DNA of 64,000 bases, taken from assembly GCA_030390025.1 (NCBI GenBank), contig CM059438.1:55430001-55494000 (forward strand). The letters run 5' to 3'. Below are positions 1 through 13,000 of this stretch, piece by piece. The position numbers were made by a program, and so were the translations under genes. Origin of the DNA: Squalus acanthias. Taxonomy: Eukaryota. Every line of letters begins with the position of its first letter. Position 1 is the first letter of the stretch. The notes under the pieces were generated by a model, which was not told where the DNA came from, searched no databases, and worked only from the letters and a program-made list of their open reading frames with translations.

Positions 1-3000
1 GGGTTCCTCGGGCACTGACTCTCCCTGGAGTACGAGTTCCAAGGGCACTGACTCTCACTGGGTTACAGGTTCCACAGGCACTGACTCTCACTGGGGTATG
101 GGTTCCACAGATACTGACTCTCACTGGAGTATGGGTTCCACAGACACTGACTTTCACTGGGGAACGGGTTTCACAAGCACTGACTCTCACTGGGGTAAGA
201 GTTTCACAGGCACTGACTGTCACTGGGGTATGGGTCCCACACACACTGACTCTCACTGGGGTACGGGCTCCACAGACACTGGCTGTCACTGGGGTACGAG
301 TTCCAGGGTCACTGACTCTCACTGGGGTATGGGTTCCAGAGACACTGATTCTCACTGGGTTACGGGTTCCACACACACTGACTCTCACTGGGGTACGGGC
401 TCCACAGACACTGGCTGTCACTGGGGTACGAGTTCCAGGGTCACTGACTCTCACTGGGGTATGGGTTCCAGGGGCACTGACTCTCACTGGGGTACAGGTT
501 CCATAGACACTGACTTTCATTGGGTATGTGTTCCACAGACACTGACTCTCCCAGCGGTACGAGTTCCATGGGCACTGACTCTCACTGGCGTACAGGCTCC
601 AAAGGCACCTACCCTCCCTGTGTATAGGTTCCATGTACAGTGACTCTCACTAGGGTACAGGTCCAGGAGTAATGACTCTCACTGGCCTAATGGTTCTACA
701 GCAACTGACACTCACTGGGGTACGGGTCCAGGAGTACTGAAACCCACTGGGGTACGGGTTCCTCGGACACTGACTCTCACTGGGGTACAGGTTCCACAGA
801 CACTGACTCTCACTGGGGTACATGTTCCACACACACTGACTCTCACTGGGGTACGGTTCCCACAGACACTGCCTCTCACTGTGGTACAGTTTCGACAGAC
901 ACTGACTCTCACTGGGGTACGGCTTCCACAGACACTGACTTTCACTGAGGTACGGGTTCCATGGGCACTGACTCTCACTGGGGTAAGGGTTTCACAGGCA
1001 CTGACTCTCACTGGGGCACTGGTTCCACAGACACTGACTCTCACTGGGGCACTCGTTCCACAGACACTGACTCTCACTGGGGTACGGGTTCCACAGTCAC
1101 TGACTGTCACTGGGGTATGGGTTCCACAGACACTGACTCTCACTGGGGAACCGGTTTCACAGGCACTGACTCTCACTGGGGAATGGGTTCCACAGACACT
1201 GACTCTCACTGGGGTACGGGTTCCAGAGACACTGACTCTCACTGGAGTACGGGTTCCACAGACACTGACTGTCACTAGGATACGAGTTCAATGGGCACTG
1301 ACTCTCACTGGGGTACAGGTTTCACAGACACTGACTCTCACTGGGGTACGAGTTCCATGGGCACTGACTCACACTGGGGTACAGGCTCCAAAGGCACGTA
1401 CCCTCCCTGGGTATCGGCTCCATGGACAGCGTCTCTCACTAGGGTACAGGTCAAGGGGTACTGACTCTCACTGGGCTAATGGTTCTCCGGGTACTGACCC
1501 TCACTGGGGTATGGGTTCCTCGGGCACTGACTCTCACTGGGGTACAGGTTCCACAGACACTGACTCTCACTGGGGTACAGGTTCCACACACACTGACTCT
1601 CACTGGGGTACGGGTTCCACAGACACTGACTGTCACTAGGGTACGAGTTCCATGGGCACTGACTCTCACTGGGGAACGGGTTTCACAGGCACTGACTCTC
1701 ACTGGGGTATGGGTCCCACACACACTGACTCTCACTGGGGTACGGGTTCCACAGACACTGACTGTCACTAGGGTACGAGTTCCATGGGCACTGACTCTCA
1801 CTCGGGTATGGGTTCCACAGACACTGATTCTCAATGGTGTATGGGTTTCACAGACACTGACTCTCACGAGTGTATGGGTTCATCGGGCACTGACTCTCCA
1901 TGGGGTACGAGTTCCATTGACACTGACTCTCACTGGGGTACAGGTTCCACAAACACTGACTCTCACTGGGGTACAGCTTCCACAGCCACTGACCCTCCCC
2001 GGGGTACAAGTTCCATGGGCACTGACTCTCACTGGGGTACGGGTCCCACAGACACTGACTCTCACTATGCTACAGTTTCCACAGACACTGACTCTCACTG
2101 GGGTACGGTTTCCACAGAAACTGACTCTCACTAGGGTACAAGTTCCAGGGGCACTGACTCTCACTGAGGTAAGGGTTTCACAGGCACTGACTCTCACTGG
2201 GGCACTGGTTCCACAGACACTGACTCTCTCTGGGGCACTGGTTCCACAGGCACTGACTCTCACTGGGGTAAGGGTTTCACAGGCACTGACTCTCACTGGG
2301 GTATGGGTTCCACAGACAATGGCTCTCACTGGGGTAAGGGTTCCACAGACACTGACTCTCACTGGGGTACAGGTTCCACAGACACTGACTCTCACTGGGG
2401 TACAGGTTCCACAAACACTGACTCTCACTGGGGTACAGGTTCCATAGCCACTGACCCTCCCCGTGGTACAAGTTCCATGGGCACTGACTCTCACTGGGGT
2501 ACGGGTTCCACAGGCACTGACTCTCACTGGGGAACGAGTTAAATGGGCCCTGACTCTCACTGGGGTACAGGTTCCATAGACACTGACTTTCATTGGGTAT
2601 GTGTTCCACAGACACTGACTCTCCCAGCGGTACGAGTTCCATGGGCACTGACTCTCACTGGCGTACAGGCTCCAAAGGCACCTACCCTCCCTGTGTATAG
2701 GTTCCATGTACAGTGACTCTCACTAGGGTACAGGTCCAGGAGTAATGACTCTCACTGGCCTAATGGTTCTACAGCAACTGACACTCACTGGGGTACGGGT
2801 CCAGGAGTACTGAAACCCATTGGGGTACGGGTTCCTCGGGCACTGACTCTCACTGGGGTACAGGTTCCACAGACACTGACTCTCACTGGGGTACATGTTC
2901 CACACACACTGACTCTCACTGGGGTACGGGTCCCACAGACACTGCCTCTCACTGTGGTACGGTTTCGACAGACACTGACTCTCACTGGGGTACGGCTTCC

Positions 3001-6000
3001 ACAGACACTGACTTTCACTGAGGTACGGGTTCCATGGGCACTGACTCTCACTGGGGTAAGGGTTTCACAGGCACTGACTCTCACTGGGGCACTGGTTCCA
3101 CAGACACTGACTCTCACTGGGGCACTCGTTCCACAGACACTGACTCTCACTGGGGTAAGGGTTCCACAAGCACTGACTCTCACTGGGGTACGGGTTCCAC
3201 AGACACTGACTGTCACTGGGGTAAGGGTTTCACAGGCACTGACTCTCACTGGGGTACGGGTTTCGCAGGCACTGACTGTCACTAGGGTACAAGTTCCATG
3301 GGCACTGACTCTCACTGGGGTATGGGTTTCACAGGCACTGACTGTCACTGGGGTACGGTTTCCACAGACACTGACTGTCACTAGGGTACGGGTTCCACAG
3401 GCACTGCCTCTCACTGGGGTACGGGCTCCACAGACACTGACTCTCACTGGGGTACAGGTTCCACAGGCACTCACTCTCACTGGGGTATGTGTTCCACAGG
3501 CACTGACTCTCACTGATGTATGGGTTCAACAGGCACTGACTCTCACTGATGTTTGGGTTCCACAGGCACTGACTCTCACTGGGTACAGGTTCCGCAGACA
3601 CTGACTTTAACTGGGGTATGGGTTCCATGGGCACTGACTCTCACTGGGGTACGGATTCCACAGACACTGATTCTCACTGGGGTACGGCTTCCACAAACAC
3701 TGACTCTCACTAGGGTACGAGTTCCAGGGGCACTGACTCTCACTGGGGAATGGGTTTCACAGGCACTGACTGTCACTGGGGTATGGGTTTCACAGGCACT
3801 GACTGTCACTGGGGTACGGGTTCCACAGACACTGACTCTCACTAGGGTACGAGTTCCATGGGCACTGACTCTCACTGGGGTATGGGTTCCACAGACACTG
3901 ACTCTCACTGGGGTATGGGTTCCACAGACACTGACTCTCACTTGGGTATGGGTTCCACAGACACTGACTCTCACTGGGGTACGGGTTCCACGGACACTGA
4001 CTTTCACTGGGGAACGGGTTCCTCGAGCTTTGACTCTCACTGGGGTACAGGTTCCACAGGCGCTGACTCTCACTGTGGAATGAGTTCCATGGGCTCTGAC
4101 TCTCACTGGGGTATGGGTTCCACAGACACTGACGCTCACTGGGGTATGGGTTCCACAGACACTGACTCTCCCTGGGGTACGAGTTCCATGGGCACTGACT
4201 CTCACTGGGGTACAGGCTCCAAAGGCACCTACCCTCCCTGGGTATAGGTTCCATGGACAGTGACTCTCACTAGGATATAGGTACAGGGGTACTGACTCTC
4301 ACTGGCCTAATGGTTCTACAGGCACTGACACTCACTGGGGTACGGGTCCAGGAGTACTGAAACCCACTGGGGTACGGGTTCCTCGGGCACTGACTCTCAC
4401 TGGGGTATGGGTTCCACAGACACTGACTGTCACTGGGGTACGGGTTTCTCAGACACTGACTGTCACTAGGATACGGGTTCCTCGGGCACTGACTCTCACT
4501 GGGGTACAGGTTCCACAGGCGCTGACTCTCACTGATGTATGGGTTCCACAGGCACTGACTCTCACTGGGGTACGAGTTAAATGGGCCCTGACTCTCACTG
4601 GGGTACAGGTTCCATAGACACTGACTTTCATTGGGTATGTGTTCCACAGACACTGACTCTCCCAGCGGTACGAGTTCCATGGGCACTGACTCTCACTGGC
4701 GTACAGGCTCCAAAGGCACCTACCCTCCCTGTGTATAGGTTCCATGTACAGAGACTCTCACTAGGGTACAGGTCCAGGAGTAATGACTGTCACTGGCCTA
4801 ATGGTTCTACAGCAACTGACACTCACTGGGGAACGGGTCCAGGAGTACTGAAACCCATTGGGGTACGGGTTCCTCGGACACTGACTCTCACTGGGGTACA
4901 GGTTCCACAGACACTGACTATCACTTGGGTATGGGTCCCACACACATTGACTCTCACTGGGGTATGGGTTCCACAGACACTGACTCTCACTGGGGTACGG
5001 GTTCCACAGACACTGACTCTCACTGGGGTAAGGGTTTCACAGGCACTGACTCTCACTGGGGTACGGGTTTCGCAGGCACTGACTGTCACTAGGGTACAAG
5101 TTCCATGGGCACTGACTCTCACTGGGGTATGGGTTTCACAGGCACTGACTGTCACTGGGGTACGGTTTCCACAGACACTGACTGTCACTAGGGTACGGGT
5201 TCCACAGGCACTGCCTCTCACTGGGGTACGGGCTCCACAGACACTGACTCTCACTGGGGTACAGGTTCCACAGGCACTCACTCTCACTGGGGTATGTGTT
5301 CCACAGGCACTGACTCTCACTGATGTATGGGTTCAACAGGCACTGACTCTCACTGATGTTTGGGTTCCACAGGCACTGACTCTCACTGGGTACAGGTTCC
5401 GCAGACACTGACTGTAACTGGGGTACGGGTTCCATGGGCACTGACTCTCACTGGGGTATGGGTTCCACAGACACTGACTCTCACTGGGGAACCGGTTTCA
5501 CAGGCACTGACTCTCACTGGGGAATGGGTTCCACAGACACTGATTCTCACTGGGGTAAGGGTTCCAGAGACACTGACTGTCACTGGGGTACGGGTTCCAC
5601 AGACACTGACTGTCACTGGGGTACGGGTTTCTCAGACACTGACTGTCACTAGGATACGAGTTCAATGGGCACTGACTCTCACTGGGGTACTGGTTTCACA
5701 GACACTGACTCTCACTGGGGTACGAGTTCCATGGGCACTGACTCACACTGGGGTACAGGCTCCAAAGGCATGTACCCTCCCTGGGTATCGGCTCCATGGA
5801 CAGCGTCTCTCACTAGGGTACAGGTCAAGGGGTACTGACTCTCACTGGGCTAATGGTTCTCCGGGTACTGACCCTCACTGGGGTATGGGTTCCTCGGGCA
5901 CTGACTCTCACTGGGGTACAGGTTCCACAGACACTGACTCTCACTGGGGTACAGGTTCCACAGACACTGACTCTCACTGGGGTACAGGTTCCACAAACAC

Positions 6001-7497
6001 TGACTCTCGCTGGGGTACAGGTTCCACAGGCACTGACTCTCCCCGGGGTACAAGTTCCATGGGCACTGACTCTCACTGGGGTACGGGTTCCATGAGCACT
6101 GACTCTCACTGGGCTACGGTTCCACAGACACTGACTGTCACTAGGGTACGAGTTCCATGGGCACTGACTCTCACTGGGGTACAGTTCCACAGACACTGAC
6201 TATCACTTGGATATGGGTCCCACACACATTGACTCTCACTGGGGTACGGGTTCCACAGACACTGACTTTCATTGGGTATGTGTTCCACAGACACTGACTC
6301 TCCCAGCGGTACGAGTTCCATGGGCACTGACTCTCACTGGCGTACAGGCTCGAAAGGCACCTACCCTCCCTGTGTATAGGTTCCATGTACAGTGACTCTC
6401 ACTAGGGTACAGGTCCAGGAGTAATGACTGTCACTGGCCTAATGGTTCTACAGCAACTGACACTCACTGGGGTACGGGTCCAGGAGTACTGAAACCCATT
6501 GGGGTACGGGTTCCTCGGACACTGACTCTCACTGGGGTACAGATTCCACAGACACTGACTCTCACTGGGGTACATGTTCCACACACACTGACTCTCACTG
6601 GGGTACGGGTCCCACAGACACTGCCTCTCACTGTGGTACGGTTTCGACAGACACTGACTCTCACTGGGGTACGGCTTCCACAGACACTGACTTTCACTGA
6701 GGTACGGGTTCCATGGGCACTGACTCTCACTGGGGTAAGGGTTTCACAGGCACTGACTCTCACTGGGGCACTGGTTCCACAGACACTGACTCTCACTGGG
6801 GCACTCGTTCCACAGACACTGACTCTTACTGGGGTACGGGTTCAACAGACACTGACTGTCACTGGGGTATGGGTTCCACAGACACTGACTCTCACTGGGG
6901 AACCGGTTTTACAGGCACTGACTCTCACTGGGGAATGGGTTCCACAGACACTGACTCTCGCTGGGGTACGGGTTCCAGAGACACTGACTCTCACTGGGGT
7001 ACGGGTTCCACAGACACTGACTGTCACTGGGGTACGGGTTTCTCAGACACAGACTGTCACTAGGATACGAGTTCAATGGGCACTGACTCTCACTGGGGTA
7101 CTGGTTTCACAGACACTGACTCTCACTGGGGTACGAGTTCCATGGGCACTGACTCACACTGGGGTACAGGCTCCAAAGGCATGTACCCTCCCTGGGTATC
7201 GGCTCCATGGACAGCGTCTCTCACCAGGGTACAGGTCAAGGGGTACTGACTCTCACTGGGCTAATGGTTCTCCGGGTACTGACCCTCACTGGGGTATGGG
7301 TTCCTCGGGCACTGACTCTCACTGGGGTACAGGTTCCACAGACACTGACTCTCACTGGGGTACAGGTTCCACAAACACTGACTCTCGCTGGGGTACAGGT
7401 TCCACAGGCACTGACTCTCCCCGGGGTACAAGTTCCATGGGCACTGACTCTCACTGGGGTACGGGTTCCATGAGCACTGACTCTCACTGGGCTACAG
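1..7497. repeat. 33-bp minisatellite array (consensus ~CACTGACTCTCACTGGGGTACGGGTTCCACAGA) with higher-order blocks, presumably within SUPV3L1 intron 3
   Basis: Tandem ~33-bp unit visible directly from the window start to the assembly gap. It produces the repetitive TDSHWG/QTLTLTG ORFs. Confidence 0.97.
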
Positions 7498-7997
7498 NNN
7501 NNNNNNNNNNNNNNNNNNNNNNNNNNNNNNNNNNNNNNNNNNNNNNNNNNNNNNNNNNNNNNNNNNNNNNNNNNNNNNNNNNNNNNNNNNNNNNNNNNNN
7601 NNNNNNNNNNNNNNNNNNNNNNNNNNNNNNNNNNNNNNNNNNNNNNNNNNNNNNNNNNNNNNNNNNNNNNNNNNNNNNNNNNNNNNNNNNNNNNNNNNNN
7701 NNNNNNNNNNNNNNNNNNNNNNNNNNNNNNNNNNNNNNNNNNNNNNNNNNNNNNNNNNNNNNNNNNNNNNNNNNNNNNNNNNNNNNNNNNNNNNNNNNNN
7801 NNNNNNNNNNNNNNNNNNNNNNNNNNNNNNNNNNNNNNNNNNNNNNNNNNNNNNNNNNNNNNNNNNNNNNNNNNNNNNNNNNNNNNNNNNNNNNNNNNNN
7901 NNNNNNNNNNNNNNNNNNNNNNNNNNNNNNNNNNNNNNNNNNNNNNNNNNNNNNNNNNNNNNNNNNNNNNNNNNNNNNNNNNNNNNNNNNNNNNNNN
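7498..7997. other. Assembly gap (500 N)
   Basis: Run of 500 N, a round placeholder length, between two different tandem repeats. Confidence 0.99.
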
Positions 7998-8105
7998 GGG
8001 GGGGAGGGGGAGTCGGGGCTGTGGGGGGGGGAGGGGGAGTCGGGGCTGTGGGGGGGGAGGGGGAGTCGGGGCTGTGGGGGGGAGGGGGAGTCGGGGCTGT
8101 GGGGG
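7998..8105. repeat. G-rich tandem repeat (G)n-AGGGGGAGTCGGGGCTGT, ~4 copies visible, cut off by the gap
   Basis: Seen directly. Confidence 0.9.
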
Positions 8106-8146
8106 AAACCCATACCAGTCGTGTATTAAAGAAGTGCAATTCTTAC

Positions 8147-8254
8147 CTGCACCACAGCAGATATCGTTGAGGATGATGTGTAAATCCACACTCAGTGACT
8201 CAGCTTCCATCACGTACTTCCGAAAACTAATGAAGGCCTGGTGGAAAAGGCGAG
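8147..8254 (-). CDS. SUPV3L1: SUPV3L1 coding exon 3 (108 nt): [36 protein letters not shown]
   Basis: Matches recalled human SUV3 [36 protein letters not shown]. Acceptor cag, donor gtaaga, phase consistent with exon 2. Confidence 0.95.
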
Positions 8255-8808
8255 CTGTGGAGAACACAAAGGGATTACAGAGGATCCTTGAAAACCCACC
8301 TTCTACCGAAAGACTTCATTGTTTTCCCTCTCCAATTCTCTCCCTCCCCTTCTCCCGAGTTAGAGCAGGAGATTGTACATTGCGTTCCTTCTAACACCTC
8401 TCCGCATCTCCTGGACAGGACACAAGGGAAAGGCAGACATGGATCAATGGTCCACCTGCCACTTACAGCCTCCATTCTCTCACACACACTATATCTCATC
8501 CAACTGGAGAGAAAGCAGACCCTCCTGACACAGTTCAGGATTCTGTGCCTAGCGATTCCACAAAAGCATGGGTTTTGAGCAGGACATGGTTCTGTGCTCC
8601 GACAGCCCCGCTGATCTGGGCATCCACAGGCGGTCGAGAGCTGATTAAGTGTGTTTTGCACAGATCCTAAACAATGGACCATTGGCCAGTATGTCTGACA
8701 CCTAGCACCTTGCTGTGCATTGCTGCGTGTCAGGGGAGAGGGGCTTATTAATAATCAACACAGGTACCAGAAGCCATTCAGGAAAACAGCAAAAAAGGCT
8801 GTCAGACG

Positions 8809-9013
8809 GAACTGACCTCCGCACGGTGAGCAGACACCGAGACTGAGAGAACTGACCTCCGCACGGTGAGCAGACACCGAGACTGAGAGAACTGACCTCC
8901 GCACGGTGAGCAGACACCGAGACTGAGAGAACTGACCTCCGCACGGTGAGCAGACACTGAGACAGAGAGAACTGACCTCCGCACGGTGAGCAGACACTGA
9001 GACTGAGAGAACT
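8809..9013. repeat. 40-bp tandem repeat x5 (GAACTGACCTCCGCACGGTGAGCAGACACCGAGACTGAGA)
   Basis: Near-identical copies seen directly in SUPV3L1 intron 2. Confidence 0.95.
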
Positions 9014-9559
9014 AAATGGAGCAGAAAGTTTAAATCTAAGCAATTCTCAGGTTAAACCATGACTGCAGGACAAGGGAACAGAAGTACAGACTGGGAAAAG
9101 GCCAGGACAGAATTCTTCACACACAGCGATTACTGAGCTCTGGGCGGGGAGTGGAGGCAAAGATTCTGGAGTCATTCATGGGGCAGTTAGACATTGTGCG
9201 GCTGGGGGGCAGAAGATCACAGGCTACCATGAAAGGATGAGCCAGATGGGATTAGGGCTCCCCAAGTCGCTACATGTTATTGATTCACACAATCCTGTGG
9301 AGGGTTCATTTAGTAACTTTCAGGAGGAAATAAATCGCTTTCTAACATCTTTAAATGAAATCAGAGAGAATTACAAATGTTTAACTGTAAACTACGCTGA
9401 AGGAAACAGCTGGACCGAACAGTACAGGCCCACAGCGCATGCGGAATAAAATACCGGCCGCCTTTGTGTTTGTGCAGCCTAAATGTCTTGAGGCAAATAC
9501 AGGAAGGGTTAGACTGAGGAATGCACTGGCAGAAAGTGTAGTCAGGTTTTGTTACTTAC

Positions 9560-9637
9560 CATCCAGGCCATTATCACTACCCAGGCTCTGCATCTCTTTC
9601 CGTTTGTAGAATTTATTCAAAACCTTGAGAGCCTCAC
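9560..9637 (-). CDS. SUPV3L1: SUPV3L1 coding exon 2 (78 nt): (S)EALKVLNKFYKRKEMQSLGSDNGLD
   Basis: Translated by hand. Matches human EVKKVLDKFYKRKEIQKLGADYGLD. Acceptor tgcag, donor gtaagt, phase 1-1. Confidence 0.95.
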
Positions 9638-10044
9638 CTGCAAACAACAGTGAAAATGTCAGAAGCTGTCAAATCATGTACATGGGTGTCGGGAGGAAGG
9701 GGCCCGAGCATGGCCACAGCTCTGTAATACCAATAGCCTATAACTGAACCAAAAACGCCCAAAAGCTGGTGCACTGGAATAAACCTCAACCTCCACAAAC
9801 TGGGCAGGTCAAAAATATATTGAGGGTTCATACTCCTTCTAACTATCAAACAACTCACATACAACACTTCAGACAATGTGCCCAAAAATGTTTGTGTCCA
9901 TAGCAATCTAGGCACCTGCACCAGGAACTAAATAGCACTGTAGTTCAGGGGGTGTATATACAACTCCAGTCATGATTCCCAGACATTCAAACATTCGCCT
10001 GGTCTACATTCACATGCTCACTGTTTAGTTGCCCAGTGAGATAG

Positions 10045-13000
10045 GCTACATCTGGCGCTACAGTGTAATGTCCCACGTCTGGACCTACAGCTTAAGGTCC
10101 CACGTCTGGACCTACAGCTTAAGGTCCCACATCTGGACCGACAGCTCAATGTCCCACAAATAGACCATCAGCGTAATGTCCCACATCTGGACCTACAGCG
10201 CAACGTCCCACATCTGGACCATCAGCGTAAGGTCCCATATCTGGACCTACAGCACAATGTCCCACATCTGGACCTACAGCGCAATGTCCCACAAATGGAC
10301 CATCAGCGCAATGTCCCACATCTGGACCTACAGCACAATGTCCCACAATGGACCATCAGCGCAATGTCCCACATCTGGACCTACAGCGCAATGTCCCACA
10401 TCTGGACCTACAGCGCAATGTCCCACAAATGGACCATCAGCGCAATGTCCCACATCTGGACCATCAGCACAATGTCCCACAATGGACCATCAGCGCAACG
10501 TCCAACATCTGGACCGTCAGCGTAATGTCCCACATCTGGACCATCAGCGTAATGTCCCACATCTGGACCATCAGCGCAATGTCCCACATCTGGACCTACA
10601 GTGCAATGTCCCACAAATGGACCATCAGCGCAACGTCCCACATCTGGACCATCAGCTTAATGTCTCACATCTGGACCGACAGCGCAATGTGCCACATCTG
10701 GACCTACAGTGCAATGTCCCACAAATGGACCATCAGCGCAACGTCCCACATCTGGACCATCAGAGTAATGTCCCACATCTGGACCGACAGCGCAATGTCC
10801 CACATCTGGACCTACAGTGCAATGTCCCACAAATGGACCATCAGCGCAACGTCCCACATCTGGACCATCAGCGTAATGTCCCACATCTGGACCGACAGCG
10901 CAATGTCCCACATCTGGACCTACAGCGCAATGTCCCACAAATGGACCTACAGCGCAATGTCCCACAACTGGACATACAGCGCAACGTTCCACATCTGGAC
11001 CTACAGCGCAATGTCCCACAAACCGACCATCAGCGCAATGTCCCACAAATGGACCATCAGCGCAATGTCCGACATCTGGACCGTCAGCGTAAAGTCCCAC
11101 ATCTGGACCTACAGCACAATGTCCCACAATGGACCATCAGCGCAATGTCCCACATCTGGACCTACAGCGCAATGTCCCACATCTGGACCTACAGCGCAAT
11201 GTCCCACATCTGGACCTACAGCGCAATGTCCCACAAATGGACCATCAGCGCTATGTCCCACATCTGGACCATCAGCACAATGTCCCACAATGGACCATCA
11301 GCGCAACGTCCCACATCTGGACCGTCAGCGTAATGTCCCACATCTGGACCATCAGCGTAAGGTCCCACATCTGGACCAGCAGCGCAACGTCCCACATCTG
11401 GACCATCAGCGTAATGTCCCACATCTGGACCATCAGCGCAATGTCCCACATCTGGACCTACAGTGCAATGTCCCACAAATGGACCATCAGCGCAACGTCC
11501 CACATCTGGACCATCAGCTTAATGTCTCACATCTGGACCGACAGCGCAATGTGCCACATCTGGACCTACAGTGCAATGTCCCACAAATGGACCATCAGCG
11601 CAACGTCCCACATCTGGACCATCAGAGTAATGTCCCACATCTGGACCGACAGCGCAATGTCCCACATCTGGACCTACAGTGCAATGTCCCACAAATGGAC
11701 CATCAGCGCAACGTCCCACATCTGGACCATCAGCGTAATGTCCCACATCTGGACCGACAGCGCAATGTCCCACATCTGGACCTACAGCGCAATGTCCCAC
11801 AAATGGACCTACAGCGCAATGTCCCACAACTGGACATACAGCGCAACGTTCCACATCTGGACCTACAGCGCAATGTCCCACAAACCGACCATCAGCGCAA
11901 TGTCCCACAAATGGACCATCAGCGTAATGTCCCACAAATGGACCGTCAGCGTAAGGTCCCACATCTGGACCATCAGCGTAATGTCCCATATCTGGACCTA
12001 CAGCGTAATGTCCCACATCTGGACCATCAGCGTAATGTCCCACATCTGGACCATCAGCGTAATGTCCCACATCTGGACCTACAGCGTAATGTCCCACATC
12101 TGGACCTACAGCGCAACATCCCACATCTGGACCATCAGCATAACGTCCCACATCTGGACCTACAGCGCAATGTCCCACATCTGGACCTACAGCGCAATGT
12201 CCCACATCTGGACCATCAGCGTAATGCCCCACATCTGGACCATCAGCGCAACGTCCTGATTCTGGACCATCAGCGTAATGTCCAATATCTGGATCTACAG
12301 CGCAATGTCCCACATCTGGACCTACAACGCAATGCCCCACATCTGGACCTACAACGCAATACCCCACATCTGGACCAGCAGCGTAATGTCTCACATCTGG
12401 ACCATCAGCGCAATGTCCCACATCTGGACCGTCAGCGCAATGTCCCACATGTGGACCGTCAGCGCAACGTCCCACATCTGGACCATCAGCGTAATGTCCC
12501 ACATCTGGACCATCAGCGCAATGTCCCACATCTGGACCATAAGCGTAATGTCCCACATCTGGACCTACAGCGTAATCTCCCACATCTGGACCTACAGCGC
12601 AATGTCCCACAAATGGACCTACAGCGTAATGTCCCACATCTGGACCTACAGCGTAATGTCCCACATCTGGACCAGCAGCGCAACGTCCAACATCTGGACC
12701 ATCAGCGTAACGTCCCACATCTGGACCATCAGCGCAACGTCCCACATCTGGACCATCAGCGTAATGTCCCACATCTGGACCATCAGCGTACTGTCCCACA
12801 TCTGGACCATCAGCTCAACGTCCCATATCTGGACCTACAGCGTAATGTCCCACATCTGGACCTACAGCGCAATGTCCCACATCTGGACCTACAGCACAAT
12901 GTCCCACAAATGGGCCATCAGCGCAACGTCCCACATCTGGACCATCAGCGCAACGTCCCACATCTGGACCATCAGAGTAATGTCCCACATCTGGACCTAC

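Noticed and set aside
98..7497. TDSHWG / QTLTLTG repeat ORFs resembling ice-nucleation or beta-solenoid proteins
   Set aside because: They are by-products of a 33-bp unit, are open on both strands and are frequently frameshifted.
6633..8267. ORFs spanning the N run
   Set aside because: These are artefacts of the assembly gap. Only 8147-8254 is a real exon.
8809..9013. CRISPR-like appearance of the regular short repeats here and in other arrays
   Set aside because: The units are head-to-tail with no unique spacers, there are no cas genes, and the context is a eukaryotic intron.
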